A stretch of 63,907 bases of DNA, filler included, from Octopus bimaculoides (taxonomy: Eukaryota): assembly GCF_001194135.2 (NCBI RefSeq). It is 5 parts of 4 records of this genome, joined end to end, with 100 filler letters (N's around TTAATTAATTAA, not from the genome) between each part and the next. Parts side by side here need not be neighbours in the genome. Positions count along the whole stretch, not along the records: positions 1 to 20,736 come from NC_068987.1; 4 more parts are not named here. One strand, given 5' to 3'. The position numbers were made by a program, and so were the translations under genes. Position 1 is the stretch's first letter; every line of letters starts with the position of its first letter. Of this stretch, positions 1 through 12,803 are shown in pieces. Below the pieces are notes generated by a model, which was given only the letters and a program-made list of their open reading frames with translations, was not told the origin of the DNA and made no database searches.

Positions 1-77
1 GATATGCACCTATACATACAGGTGGATGTCGGTATGCACATACCTGTACGTATATATGCATATACTCATTTACTTTT

Positions 78-116
<39 letters not shown>

Positions 117-134
117 TATTCTTCTATTCATTTT

Positions 135-500
135 TTCATTTGTTTCAGTCATTTGACTGCGGCCATGCTGGAGCACCGCCTTTAGTCCAACAAATCAATC
201 TCAGGATTTATTTTTCTGTTAGCCTAGTACTTATTCTATCGGTCCCCTTTGTCAAACTGCTAAGGTACGGAGACATAAACACACCAACATCGGTTTCAAG
301 CAACGGTGGAGGGGGACAAACACACACATACGAACATATACATACATACATACACATAAAGACACATACACACACACAGACACACATTCGTTTTCGTCTA
401 CCAAATCTTCTCACAAAGCTTTGGCGGCCCAAGGCTATATAGAAAACACTTGACCAAAGTGCCACGCAGTGTGACAGAACCCAGAACCATTTGGTTGTGA
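135..500 (-). mobile_element. tRNA-derived CORE-like SINE, family B (5' half - internal microsatellite - 3' half)
   Basis: Reverse complement of the family seen at 20059-20465 and 39841-40020. It has the CORE-like motif (here cacttgaccaaagtgccacgcagtg), an internal (CA)n and the 3' end tgtttcagtcatttgactgcggccatgctggagcacc. Confidence 0.8.
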
Positions 501-584
501 ACTGCGCGTATATGCGCGTCCGTGTGTGTATGTGCGTGTGCGTGTGCGTGTGTATGTATGTGAAAGAGACAGAGAAAGAATGAA

Positions 585-635
<51 letters not shown>

Positions 636-852
636 CTGACTGACTGAGTACATTTGGTTAAGTTGACAAAATCACTTCAAGTAATTACTATTTTCAAGTA
701 CACACACACACANNNNNNNNNNNNNNNNNNNNNNNNNNNNNNNNNNNNNNNNNNNNNNNNNNNNNNNNNNNNNNNNNNNNNNNNNNNNNNNNNNNNNNNN
801 NNNNNNNNNNNNNNNNNNNNNNNNNNNNNNNNNNNNNNNNNNNNNNNNNNNN

Positions 853-901
<49 letters not shown>

Positions 902-1028
902 TTACTAGTGCGCTGAACGTATTTCTGCTATCGAGCAGGCTCTGTAACAAGCTTACCAACTCGTGTTAGCGCTGGGAATCGAACAAGAGACAAGTCAGAA
1001 TCTTCTCCATTAAATATGCCAGTGACAG

Positions 1029-1521
1029 TCAAGTCACGAGATATTAAAATTCGTGAAATTTCATTGACGTTTCCTCATATCCCGTAATCTCCAGTTTATA
1101 TTCATTCACAAAGAGAGCGAAGGCAATATTTGGAACTGTAAATATAGTTATTCGTCAAAATACATTAAGAAAATGAATTCTGAAGTTGTTTGCTACGAGA
1201 GTGCTGGAACTTTTTTTTTGACCCGACTACACTTCCCCCACACAAGCACATACATATGCACACACACTCGTACACACACATACACTCACACATATATACA
1301 TGCTTACACACACAGTTTTAAAACATTAGTTTTATCAAGCGCTGTCCTAGCTACTTCGGGGTTCATTTTCTTAATGTATTTTGAACGAATAACTATATTT
1401 ACAGTTCCAAATATTGCTTTTACAGTGTTTTTCAATGCACTCTTATAAGTTAACTGCCATTGAATATGGTCGAGACGAACATCTATGAAGTTTTAACAAA
1501 TCTTAATATCTCGTGACTTGA
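1029..1521. repeat. Long inverted-repeat (MITE/fold-back-like) element, ~180-bp arms
   Basis: tcaagtcacgagatattaa (1029) pairs with ttaatatctcgtgacttga (ends 1521). gcaatatttggaactgtaaatatagttattcgt pairs with acgaataactatatttacagttccaaatattgc. The spacer contains (CA)-rich repeats. Confidence 0.75.
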
Positions 1522-1989
1522 ATATTACTTGTATATTTATTCTGGATAAATTCACGTCCAGCGTAATTCACTTCCGGCTGTTGTGCAATTAGTTGGACTG
1601 TTTACAGGGCCAGTCTAATCGTAAAAATAAGCTTTTCTGTCCCGTGATATTTACAGTCATTTTTATATATTCATGCATCGAATTGTATTTTGATCAGGTA
1701 GAAAACGCACACACACACACTCACACACATACACACACACACACATCCTTCACAAGTTCGAAGGCAGACAGGAATGTATAGCAGAAATCAACTCAATAAT
1801 GAATATGACCATTGTTTTATTAAGGAGTTACAAACGGAAGATTAGTGTTATTTTTATTTCATTTAATATTCTGCAGCTTTTGACACATCTATCACATAAA
1901 CATCATCTCTTAGTTAAATACAACGTAGAATCGTTTTTGTATTGTATACAGATATTTCTCTTGAAGTGTCTTTTCACACGAATAGATAG

Positions 1990-2690
1990 ACAATCCCTGG
2001 GAGGGTCTCGGTGGTTGAATCGTCAGGCACCTCCTCCATAGGGTCCTACGAGAAGCAGTCGTCATGACAATTTCCGGCTGAATTCCTATTCATGACCAAC
2101 TGAGACTATGGTCACTACTCAATTATCTCGTTCTTGGTCTACCCAGAGGTATCCTGCCATTTGCCTCGGATCGAAGAATCCGTCTTGTGATTCTTTCCTG
2201 CCACAATTCAGTCACATGTTCGTATGTAGGAGCTGCAACCGCACGATGTCAAGAAGCAGCGGCTCCACTAGGCAAGACTCTCTGATCTCCGAGCTACGTA
2301 CCGTGTCGAATAAGGTTACATCGGAGATCTTTCGGAAGAACTCCATTTCGACAGCTTTATTCGCGATCGTAATCCTTGCCTCGTTATCCAACATTTGTGA
2401 CCGTAGGTGAGGAAAGGCACGAAAACCAAATTGAAAATAGAGAGCTTGGCTTTGTTGTCGACCCCTCCTCTTTTGAGGATCGAATGCCGAAGCTGTTGCA
2501 TTACAGTGCAAGCATTTGCAACTCTGGCACCCTATTCAGCCTCGTAAGTACAGACCCGAGATACGTAAACTTCCCTTCAGTGATGTTCATGTAACATGAT
2601 TCTCTGATATAAGTTCTTTCAGGTGGCGAAGATTTATTGTTTGCTTCCTTTGGTTTGTGTACCCCCAAGTTGTCAATAAGTCTTGAATAA
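1990..2690 (-). mobile_element. Expander/Rex3-like (RTE clade) LINE, RT C-terminal fragment, degenerate
   Basis: Frameshifted peptides KFTYLGSVL, KAKLSIFNLVFVPFLTYGHKCW and KAVEMEFFRKISDVTLFDTVRSSEIRESCLVEPLLLDI match the Expander/Rex3 RT C-terminus (AKLSIY..YVPTLTYGHE..AAEMSFLRRV..DRVRSS.IRE.L.VEPLLL). Confidence 0.85.
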
Positions 2691-2712
2691 AATCAAAAGG
2701 GATTATTAATAT

Positions 2713-3070
2713 ATGGGTTCAGTCCCATTGCGTGGCACCTTGGGCAAATGTCTTCTACTATAGCCTCGGGCCGACAAAAGCCTTGTGAGTGGATTTGGTA
2801 GACGGAAACTGAAAGAAGTCCGTCGTATATATGCATATGTATATATATATGTGTTTGTGTGTCTGTGTTTGTCCCCCCAACATCGCTTGACAACCGATGC
2901 TGGTGTGTTTACGTCCCCGTAACTTAGCGGTTCGGCAAAAGAGATCGATAGAATAAGTACTAGGCTTACAAAGAATAAGTCCTGGGGTTGATTTGCTTGA
3001 CTAAAGGTGGTGCTCCAGCATGGCCGCAGTGAAATGACTGAAACAAGTAAAAAGTAAAGAGTAAAGAGTA
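2713..3070 (+). mobile_element. CORE-like SINE family B, 5'-truncated
   Basis: gggttcagtcccattgcgtggcaccttgggcaaatgtcttctactatagcctcgggccg..., then a short (TA)/(TG) run, then the 3' half ending gactgaaacaagtaaaaagtaaagag. Confidence 0.85.
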
Positions 3071-3089
3071 TATCTATGATTTCCTTTCG

Positions 3090-3800
3090 ATGCGTCTCGT
3101 TTTAAATTTTTGTGTTTGTTGCGGTTCTTTTCAAAGTACATGAAGACATTCAAAATATTAATTCTCTATAATGCGCCATCAATTGCGTACATTTCTCCAC
3201 TTTACGCATGAATATTTCCCCCTTTCAGATAATGCAGTTCTTGTATTATAACATAATTTTCTAAGAGTTATTTTCCCCGAATATAGTTCTCTATAAAGTA
3301 GACGTTTCGGTTGGTTTTCTTCCATCTGTTATACGAATTACATGGATTGTTACATAACAAACGAATTTCTATACCTACAGAATCTACTTACAAAAGGCCT
3401 CAGAATAACTCACGTAGTCTCTCCAAGATAGATGCAGTATTTGTTGACAACACTTTGCTGAGAACTGTGTACGGGATTAGGAATATAGCGTCCATGTTTT
3501 ATAATCATAGAGAAAAGCAGATATTATGTATGCTTTGAAAGTAGATATTTTAATGTAAACCTATTTTTATCTACCGTTGGAACCATAGAGGAGACTAATT
3601 TTGTAAAAGATATCTGCATTCTATTTGCAATTTCGTCAGTAAGGTTTACAACCCTGTTAAACGTGTTGCCGAGATGTTTGAAGGCAGATATGATTTTCAA
3701 TATTTCATATTATGCTGTTGCTCATAAAGAATAAGTTTTATTAAGGTTTATTGTGAGGTTTAACAAGTTGCGTGCAAATGAAGTTTTATCCGTAGGACTT
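3090..3800 (-). mobile_element. RTE/BovB-like LINE 3' ORF fragment, heavily degenerate
   Basis: Manual minus-strand translation gives LTINLNKT, FKHLGNT, DEIANR, FKAYIISAFLYDYKTWTLY, QILHLSWRDYVSYSE and VIRITDGRKP. These are collinear with the RTE RT C-terminus (LLYGCETWTLY, ILxISWxDxVSNxEV). Confidence 0.7.
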
Positions 3801-3915
3801 TACAGATATTATTCACTGTATAGACGATAGTCACCAGCGTACAAGAGATATTAGATCGAATATCCATCCCTCCTTCCCTATCTCCTTCCCTCCATCCCTC
3901 TCTCCTTCCTCCCTC

Positions 3916-3947
<32 letters not shown>

Positions 3948-4043
3948 TGTATGTATGTATTTATCCATCTGCGTATATATATATGTTGTGTTTCTGGAAT
4001 ATTGTCCCACTAACAGACAGAGTTGGAACTCTTNNNNNNNNNN

Positions 4044-4081
<38 letters not shown>

Positions 4082-5523
4082 CACACAAACATACACATAC
4101 ACATACACACGATTAGAGTTCTGATTCTGGTCACCATGTTAGTCAGAAGAGCGTGTGTAAAGTCTCACTTCATTAACATTTTTCATCTCGTGACATAATG
4201 TATCTCATGTAGCAAGGATTCCATTTTTCAATGTTCACTCAATTCTGAGGCGGTTATACTCCGCTTTTGTGTTAAGATTTTAAACACACCATAATGAAGT
4301 TTTCGTCTACTAATTGCGTGCATCATCTCAAGTCTTAAGTTTTTTTCTTTTACTATTTCTCAACGTTACATATGTCAGATTTCACTGTACAATGTACCGC
4401 GGATTACATTATCCAATGTCTTCTCATTTTTGAGACGTTAGGTTGTGGCTCTTATTTCGAGTAAGCCGAGCGATATCGGAGAAGCACTACTTTTTATTGC
4501 CTCTTTTCATTCTTTTGTATTATTTTCACTCTTCCTATCCGCAATATGGCATAGTTGTTTCTGCTGTGCTATTTTCTTTATATTGTAAATGTGCAGGTGT
4601 TTGCGTGTGAAGAATTCTGTTATGCTATTTTCATTGGTTTGTGGGAGTTATGCTTTCTTTTTTCTATGTGATCGGTTATTTTGTTTTCTTTTCAGTATAT
4701 TATCTTTCCCTGTGTTTTGTATATTTCTGTTCCTGGGATCTTATTGTTTCTTCTTTATTATGAATCTGCATTTCATTCGACAATGTGTTTCAGTTTAGTT
4801 CTTTTATATTTCCGCTTATTTCTTCGCCAGATCTCGTATTTCTCTTTTATGGTGCTAGCGCGTGTTGCTTATAGTATGGCTGTCTAATATAAGTGTAACA
4901 CTTCTAGGCATTATTCTTTGGGTCATTTTTTTCTTTCTTCCTTTCGTTTTAGTTTGATGGACGCTAGCAATAGGAAGCGAGTATGTTTGTTATGAATTGA
5001 CCTTTTGAGAGGACAATACAGCTGATGTTCAAGTTAAACATGCTTTGTAGCGTTATTACATTAAACTTACACTCATAAATCCTGGCTCAGCAACCACTGT
5101 TTTGTTGATGATAAAATTGTTGGTCATGATTGCTCTATTGATTAGCGTTGATTTTGTTATACGGTGATGCCTTTTCATTGGTTTCTGCTTCCTGTTATTA
5201 CTTGTCTCTTATTATTTTGTATTGTGAATAGAATAATTTATGCGCATAATCAACTCAATGAATACGTAAATTAATTGTTATATGTAAATACTGGAATTCG
5301 GAATAGCATTGCTCTCCGCTTGATTTGAATTCCTGTATTCAGTTACGTTGCTGGATTGCTATCTCTTGCCTTAGGGAGATTTATGCTTCGTCATCAATTG
5401 TTAACATTCAACTAGGAGGTCTTGTTTCTGATGTATACAAACACACACACGCACACACATTTATATATAAAGATATGTATATATCTAAGCATATGTATAT
5501 ATATGTATGGATGCATGGACTAA

Positions 5524-5567
<44 letters not shown>

Positions 5568-5943
5568 GTGCGTGTGCGCATGTGCGCACGTGTGGGTGTG
5601 TAGTTTGAATTCCTTTTATTGCCATTCAACTCTGGTCCTTGTTCTCATTCAACATCTTCAGAGAATCAGAAAAGAGTCCTCATGATATTTGTTGCAACTC
5701 CTTAAGCAATGCGTTCAAATTCCGTCAATGTTAACTTTGCCTCTCATTTTTCCAGAGTCAATAAAGTTTTACCTACCAAAAATGCTCTACAGTATACTCA
5801 TCAAAAATGCCAACGAAGTACTTCCGTTTGCATTTCCCGATTGGTAGAGGGTCGTGAGCGTTTGGCGATATTTCAAATGCCAAGCATCGCCCTTTGCATG
5901 AGTCGTGAAAAACCACATTTGACAAAAGTAGACTAAAGCTTAC

Positions 5944-6662
5944 CTCTGGCAAAGAATTGCTGGGGATGTCGCAGCCTCAGCGCATATTTGTGCGTCATCA
6001 GCTACGAAATTCTCTGTCAGTTACTCAAATGAGTGAGTGACTGGCAACAAACGGAGCGCCTGAACAGTGTTATAGTCCCGTCCCAAAAAGTAGAAGAGCA
6101 GATATCTCAGTCTGTTACTCTATGAACTAGGACAAAGTACGGAAGGCAATCGGTGATAGATGACCGAATGCGATGTAGATGTTTCCATTCTCTGTCTAAC
6201 TGTTCATCAAGAATCGCTTTCTCTCGTATCATTTCTGGATCACACTGAAGACCCTGTTCTTTATTTTGTCTCAGTTCTTCCCCTGATTATCAGGTGCACA
6301 AAAGGCCCCGAGAACTATAACCATGGTATGACCGTCCCGTGCCTCTCTGATGGACGGCACGGACCCGTCTCCTCACCAGGTGCGAAGGTATAAGCCTACT
6401 GACATTACTTTGGTTGATTTGGGCTCCTGTTACTGTCTCATCATATTCTCCTAAAGCACTGATGTTGAGCACAGTGTGCATCATGTTTGACACTATGACG
6501 GTGACCTCGTCAGAATATATCGACACGGATTTCCACATCTTTACTCGCGTGGGGCCAACTCAATGCCACTAATTTCCGCAATAGTAGCTCAAGAGCAAGT
6601 ACATACAGAAGAGATGAGAGGAGTAAGCAAGAGAGACTGAGCGAATGATGCTGATTGGTCCC
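5944..6662 (-). promoter_or_regulatory. Candidate promoter plus first (mostly non-coding) exon on the minus strand
   Basis: NF-Y-like GACCAATCAG at about 6650-6660 on the minus strand, an Inr-like TCAGT shortly downstream, ~700 nt of non-repetitive sequence, and a strong donor AG|GTAAGC at 5944/5943. No recognisable protein. Confidence 0.2.
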
Positions 6663-8274
6663 TATAGGTGAATGTTCACCTTAACTACCGAGTAGATATC
6701 ACTGTAAATTGCGACTCTCCAACCGAAAGCAGACGCCAATATTAAATGATCTTGTACGTGACACTGTATTATTGTCACACACACATACATGTACTATGTA
6801 ACTTTGCGTGTATATATATATATANNNNNNNNNNNNNNNNNNNNNNNNNNNNNNNNNNNNNNNNNNNNNNNNNNNNNNNNNNNNNNNNNNNNNNNNNNNN
6901 NNNNNNNNNNNNNNNNNNNNNNNNNNNNNNNNNNNNNNNNNNNNNNNNNNNNNNNNNNNNNNNNNNNNNNNNNNNNNNNNNNNNNNNNNNNNNNNNNNNN
7001 NNNNNNNNNNNNNNNNNNNNNNNNNNNNNNNNNNNNNNNNNNNNNNNNNNNNNNNNNNNNNNNNNNNNNNNNNNNNNNNNNNNNNNNNNNNNNNNNNNNN
7101 NNNNNNNNNNNNNNNNNNNNNNNNNNNNNNNNNNNNNNNNNNNNNNNNNNNNNNNNNNNNNNNNNNNNNNNNNNNNNNNNNNNNNNNNNNNNNNNNNNNN
7201 NNNNNNNNNNNNNNNNNNNNNNNNNNNNNNNNNNNNNNNNNNNNNNNNNNNNNNNNNNNNNNNNNNNNNNNNNNNNNNNNNNNNNNNNNNNNNNNNNNNN
7301 NNNNNNNNNNNNNNNNNNNNNNNNNNNNNNNNNNNNNNNNNNNNNNNNNNNNNNNNNNNNNNNNNNNNNNNNNNNNNNNNNNNNNNNNNNNNNNNNNNNN
7401 NNNNNNNNNNNNNNNNNNNNNNNNNNNNNNNNNNNNNNNNNNNNNNNNNNNNNNNNNNNNNNNNNNNNNNNNNNNNNNNNNNNNNNNNNNNNNNNNNNNN
7501 NNNNNNNNNNNNNNNNNNNNNNNNNNNNNNNNNATATATATATATATATATACACACACACAGGCTTTACGGCATTTGTACATTGACAGGTCTGTGATGA
7601 GCCAGCTTATAGTTGATTCCTTGTTCGATCCTCAGTTTAAACTCTACCTTGACCGAGAGAAGAGATATATCTCTACTCATTAACAAAGATAAATATTTAA
7701 TTGTTATTTTGATGACAGAAGGAAACGTTTTAAATTCTTAGCAATGCAAGGCTCTTTCTCCCCCCTAATTATGCCCCTTCTGTCCTCCTTTCTCTCCTGT
7801 CTCTGACCCTCTACTGGATGGATGTAGTTTACTTTCTTTTGCTTGTGAAGAAGTGTATTTACATCTTTAGATTTTTGTCGTTGTTCTGTTGTCATCTTTC
7901 GCACGTAAAAAATGTCAAGTCAGTTTCTTTTTTTGCTTTTACGCTTTGAATATTTACATTATGCTGTGAAATTACATTTGTTTCTTATTTACTTTTTATT
8001 TCCTCTTACTGTTTTATCCAGTTAACTTTCTGGGTAGGCATTGTCTTCCTGTTAGCAATCCATCATAGCTGAACGTAGTCGCAACTAAATTATGTTCAAA
8101 ATGTCCAAACGTGCTTCTCAGTGGTATAAAAGAGACGTTCACATTGTTTCAAAATGGTTCACCGAAGAAAATATTAAAAGAAGAAAACAAATTTTCTTTT
8201 GTTATGCTCAGCAAAATCCTTGTTGTGAATAGTTAGAAGGCGCATGATATTCCTGGCTAACGTATGATAGTAGT

Positions 8275-8599
8275 GTGGAGGCGCAATGGCCCAGTGGTTA
8301 TGGCAGCGGACTCGCAGTTTCGATACCCAGACCGGGCGTTGTGAGTGTTTATTGAGCGAAAACACCTAAAGCTCCACGAGGCTCCGTCTCCCACTCTAGC
8401 TTCCTGTTTCTGTTGTACCTGTATTTCAAAGGGCCAGCCCTGTCACACTCTGTGTCACGCTGAATATCCCCCGAGAACTACCTTAAGGATACACGTGTCT
8501 GTGGAGTGCTCAGCCACTTGCACGTTAACTTCACGAGCAGGCTGTTCCGTTGATCGGATCAACTGGAACGCTCGTCGTCGTAACTGACGGAGTGCCAAC
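8275..8599 (+). mobile_element. tRNA-derived SINE family A with 10-bp TSD
   Basis: A-box TGGCCCAGTGG, B-box GTTTCGATACCC and the family tail ...gatcggatcaactggaacgctcgtcgtcgtaactgacggagtgcc. atgatagtag occurs at 8264-8273 and 8601-8610. Internal deletions are present. Confidence 0.9.
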
Positions 8600-9134
8600 C
8601 ATGATAGTAGCAGTAGTTATTGTAATAGCACCAAGAGCAGCAGTGGCATTAGCAGTAGTAGTAGTAATAATAATAATAGTAGTTGTAGTATCTCGTTCAT
8701 TGGGAATGGGCATCAATGAGGGGAGGCATTTGAAGGAAAGTTTACAATTTGCGTGTGTGTCGGTTGGGGTGGGGTGGGGTTGAATAAAGGGAAGAAATGG
8801 AGAAGAGGAAGAATGAGATAAGAAGTATAAAGCGTACAAAATATGGGGACGCATGGAAGATGCAGTCCGACTGATACATCAGAGCCTCCAGCTGGGGCAA
8901 ATCAAGGAACCTTAGAGACCCAGGATCACACTGACTATCAGGAATACATTACTTTGTCCGGGTGTTTTTCTCCAATCTACAAGCGCATGATTAAAATAGT
9001 TTCATTCGCCGTTGCCATGTTTCTCTAAGTTATCCACTTTTTAGGTAATTCGCTTCTACATTTTCATTTTCCTTTTAAAGTCAAACTTGAAAAATCGTCG
9101 GTGGCTTTTCTTTAAACATGAGACACGATGAATA

Positions 9135-9290
9135 AAATATCCTGCAATTTTGATGGAAGAATTTTAGTCGATACCATGAACTCCAGTATTTTACTGGTAC
9201 GCTATTGACCCCGATAAAAATGAAAAGAAAGTTGATCTCGGTGGCAATTGAACCCATGCCAAAAAATACCGCTAGTTATTTTAAATCGTT
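9135..9290 (-). mobile_element. Degenerate SINE family C (Meta/MESC-like core)
   Basis: agtcgatacc...ctggtac...gaccccga...gaaagttgatctcggtggcaattgaac aligns by eye with the copies at 9958 and 10507. Confidence 0.55.
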
Positions 9291-9322
9291 CTATTTTTAT
9301 TACTACAATACGCTGGATATAT

Positions 9323-9690
9323 GTGGAGGTGCAATGGTCCAGTGGTTAGGGCAGCGGACTCGCAGGCATAGGGTCGCGGTTTCGATTCCCAGACCAGGCG
9401 TTGTGAGTGTTTATTGAGCGAAAACACCTAAAACTCCATGAGCGGATGGTGGCGAACCCTGCTGTACTCTTTCACCACAACTTTCTCTCACTCTTACTTC
9501 CTGTTTCTGTTGTACCTGTATTTCAAAGGGTCAGACTTGTCACGCTGAATATCCCCGAGAACTACGTTAAGGGTACACGTGTCTGTAGAATGCTCAGCCT
9601 CTTGCACGTTAATTTCACGAGCAGGCTGTTCCGTTGATCGGATCAACTGGAACCCTCGACGTCGTAAGCGACGGAGTGCCAACCACAACA
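9323..9690 (+). mobile_element. tRNA-derived SINE family A, near full length
   Basis: gtggaggtgcaatggtccagtggttagggcagcggactcgc...ggtttcgattcccagacc head, the full body, and a tail ending ggagtgccaaccacaaca. Confidence 0.9.
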
Positions 9691-9957
9691 GGGTAGTGAA
9701 GTGGCTCTTCACGTTGCGCGCAGAAATTGTTCTCTATCGGCGATAGTGAGTGAAAATTCGCTTTGTTTGCAAATGGATACGAAAAGTTTTTGTACCCGAA
9801 AATGTGTGGATTTCGATATCCGTGTATACTAGGAAATTGCTGTGGGCAGTTATGGAACAAGAGGAAGAAAAGAGGGGATTAAAAGGATGTGGAGGAGAAT
9901 GAGGACGAAAATGTAATGAAGACAAAGAAGAGAAATGATAATAATAATAATGATAAT

Positions 9958-10154
9958 CCTTTCTACTATAGCACAAGGCCAGAAATTTGGGCTAGGGGTA
10001 TAGTCGATTACATCGGCCCCAGTGTTTCATTGGCACTTAGTTTATCGACCCCGAAAGGATGAAAGACAAAGTCGACCTCGGCGGAATTTGAACCAAGAAC
10101 GTAGCGGCAGACAAAATACCGCCCGGCGTGCTAACGATTCTGTCAGCTCGCCAC

Positions 10155-10157
<3 letters not shown>
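9958..10157 (-). mobile_element. tRNA-derived SINE family C with Meta/MESC-like central domain
   Basis: The minus strand reads ggcgagctgacagaatcgttagc...gttcaaattccgccgaggtcgactttgtctttcatcctttcggggtcgataaactaagtgcca..., followed by an (att)n-type tail. The domain assignment is from memory of the consensus. Confidence 0.75.
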
Positions 10158-10191
<34 letters not shown>

Positions 10192-10465
10192 NNNNNNNNN
10201 NNNNNNNNNNNNNNNNNNNNNNNNNNNNNNNNNNNNNNNNNNNNNNNNNNNNNNNNNNNNNNNNNNNNNNNNNNNNNNNNNNNNNNNNNNNNNNNNNNNN
10301 NNNNNNNNNNNNNNNNNNNNNNNNNNNNNNNNNNNNNNNNNNNNNNNNNNNNNNNNNNNNNNNNNNNNNNNNNNNNNNNNNNNNNNNNNNNNNNNNNNNN
10401 NNNNNNNNNNNNNNNNNNNNNNNNNNNNNNNNNNNNNNNNNNNNNNNNNNNNNNNNNNNNNNATA

Positions 10466-10497
<32 letters not shown>

Positions 10498-10506
10498 ACC
10501 CCCCCC

Positions 10507-10703
10507 TCCTACTATAGGCAAAAGGCGCGATATTTTTGGAGGAAGGGCATAGTCGATTACATCGACTTAGTACTTAACTGGTACTCATTTCATTAACCCG
10601 AAAAGTCGACTTCCGTAGTGTTTGAACTCAAAATGTAAACCCAGAAGAAATGCCGCTAAATATATTGTCGGGCGTGCTAACAATTCTGCCATCTCTCCGT
10701 CTT
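10507..10703 (-). mobile_element. SINE family C copy
   Basis: Homologous by eye to 9958-10157 (ctactataggcaaaagg...agtcgattacatcgac...ctggtactc...gggcgtgctaacaattctgcc). Confidence 0.7.
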
Positions 10704-10724
10704 AGTAATAACAACAACAACAAC

Positions 10725-10782
<58 letters not shown>

Positions 10783-11399
10783 TTAATAATGATAAGATGA
10801 AGAAGTAAACGAGGGGAAAAGAAGAAAAAGAAGAGTACAAAAGAAAATACAAATATGTGTGTGTATGTGTGGGTGTGTGTGTGTGGAGGAAAGTTTAAAA
10901 GAGGAAAATGAATTTGCAGAATGAAAGAAATAAGACTAAAAGAAAGAAACGGAAAGCGAATGAATCGTCGAAAGAAGATACAAGAAAATGTGAGAGAAAA
11001 ATGAGGAAAAGTTACTGTCAGCAGCTTTTTAGCTATACTTTTAGAGATTTTCAGGGAGCAAAATATTCCATCTATTTAGTTTACATCAGCAGTATAATCT
11101 GACGGCCATTATTAGCCTCGTTGCATAAACCGTCGTCGCTATCAACACCGTACGCTACCACCGACGCTACAACCACCACCACCACCACCATACACCGTTT
11201 CTATTTTCAGTGTCTACATCAACATGATCATCAGTCATCACCGCCACTACGAACCACCACCACGCCATTACTACTACCACCACCACCATCGTCATCATGA
11301 GCATTTAACGTTAAAGCAAATTAGAGAAGAAAAGTGGCTTGGTAAATCTTTTTGACACGTACAATACTAAAGTATGTTAGCGTTTGTTAGAGGAGGATA

Positions 11400-11435
<36 letters not shown>

Positions 11436-11535
11436 TGTATGTATGTGTGTATATATATATATAATATATATGTGTGTATGTGTGTTTATGTATGTGTATA
11501 TGCTTGAATGTGTACGTGTGTGTGTTTATATATAT

Positions 11536-11581
<46 letters not shown>

Positions 11582-11640
11582 GTATATATATGTATGGAAG
11601 TATATATATGTATGTATATATGTATATATATGTATGCATG

Positions 11641-11702
<62 letters not shown>

Positions 11703-12294
11703 TGTATGTGTGTGTACATATAAGAATATATTCTATATAACACTCGAACATAAACACACTCTACTTCTCTCTCTCTCTCATTCTCTCACACACAGACACA
11801 TACACACACATACTTACACACAAACACACACACACATATACACAAAGGAAAACAACAACAAAGCAGCCGAAAAAGAAAGAGTTAAAGGATGAGAAAACAT
11901 AAAAAGAAAGAAGAGCTGTTGGCAATGTTTTACCATTAATTGAATGGCATACCTTCTATTAAAGAAATCACATCTAAAATATCTTGTTGACAGACAGTTT
12001 GTACCGAAATTCTTTCGCAATCACACCATTTTCACAAACCATTTCTTTGCACTGGAACAACGACGGCTTACGTTCCAATGCACTACATTTTGTCTTTTGT
12101 ATTTTTGTCTTATTTTTTTTTCTTATTATTTCTTCAGCGTTTTCTATTTCACTGTTTCTGTTCCTCTGTGCATGTGTGTTTGCGTGTGTGTGTGTGTGTG
12201 GGTGAATGTGTGTGTGTGTGTGTATGATTGTGCGTGTGCGTGTATGTGCGTATATATACACATGTATCTACATTTCTCTCTCTCTCTTAATTCC

Positions 12295-12349
<55 letters not shown>

Positions 12350-12540
12350 GTCTGTCTGTCTGTCTGTCTGTCCTTATTTATCTATCCCTATGTATGTATG
12401 TTTGTATGTATGTATGTATGAATATATGTATGTACGTATGTACGTATGTACGTATGTATGTATGTATGTATGTAACTATCTACATATATATATACACAAA
12501 AAATATATTTGTGTGTATTTTTACATAATAAATCCATTCG

Positions 12541-12735
12541 GAACCACATGGCTTCGGGCTCAGAGGCACTGTGTGATACCTTGGGCAAGTGTCTTCTTCC
12601 ACTTTAGCCTCGGGTCGACCAGCACCTTTTCAGTGGATTTGGTAGACGGAGACTGAAAGAAGCCCATCGTATATACAAAGCTTTGGTCGACACGAGGCTA
12701 TAGCTGAGGACACTTGTCCAAGGTGTCACACAGTG
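12541..12735. mobile_element. SINE family B 5' half followed immediately by an inverted partial copy
   Basis: cactgtgtgataccttgggcaagtgtc...tagcctcgggtcgacca (12567-12620) is mirrored by tggtcgacacgaggcta...gacacttgtccaaggtgtcacacagtg (12684-12735). Confidence 0.75.
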
Positions 12736-12765
12736 CGTCCTACACACACACACACACACACACAT

Positions 12766-12803
<38 letters not shown>

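Noticed and set aside
3390-3495. ATG in good Kozak context (MDAIFLIPY...) with a GTGAGT donor on the minus strand
   Set aside because: It lies within the RTE LINE relic, and another frame carries the LINE motifs.
4140-4500. Possible I/Nimb LINE ORF1 remnant on the minus strand
   Set aside because: The similarity is too weak to support without a search.
5965-5999. CTGATGA followed by the stem cgca-caaata-tgcg on the minus strand
   Set aside because: No GAAA after the stem and no NUH site or stems I/III, so it is not a hammerhead.
6699-7683. Long ORFs spanning N runs (also near 38000, 40000, 44500, 58500 and 61400)
   Set aside because: Their length comes from X residues in gaps.
8275-8335. 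tRNA-like heads (all SINE-A copies) as tRNA genes
   Set aside because: They have A/B boxes but no complete cloverleaf, and they continue into a shared SINE body with TSDs.
11374-12528. YI/VC/HT-repeat ORFs here and throughout the window
   Set aside because: Translations of dinucleotide and tetranucleotide microsatellites.
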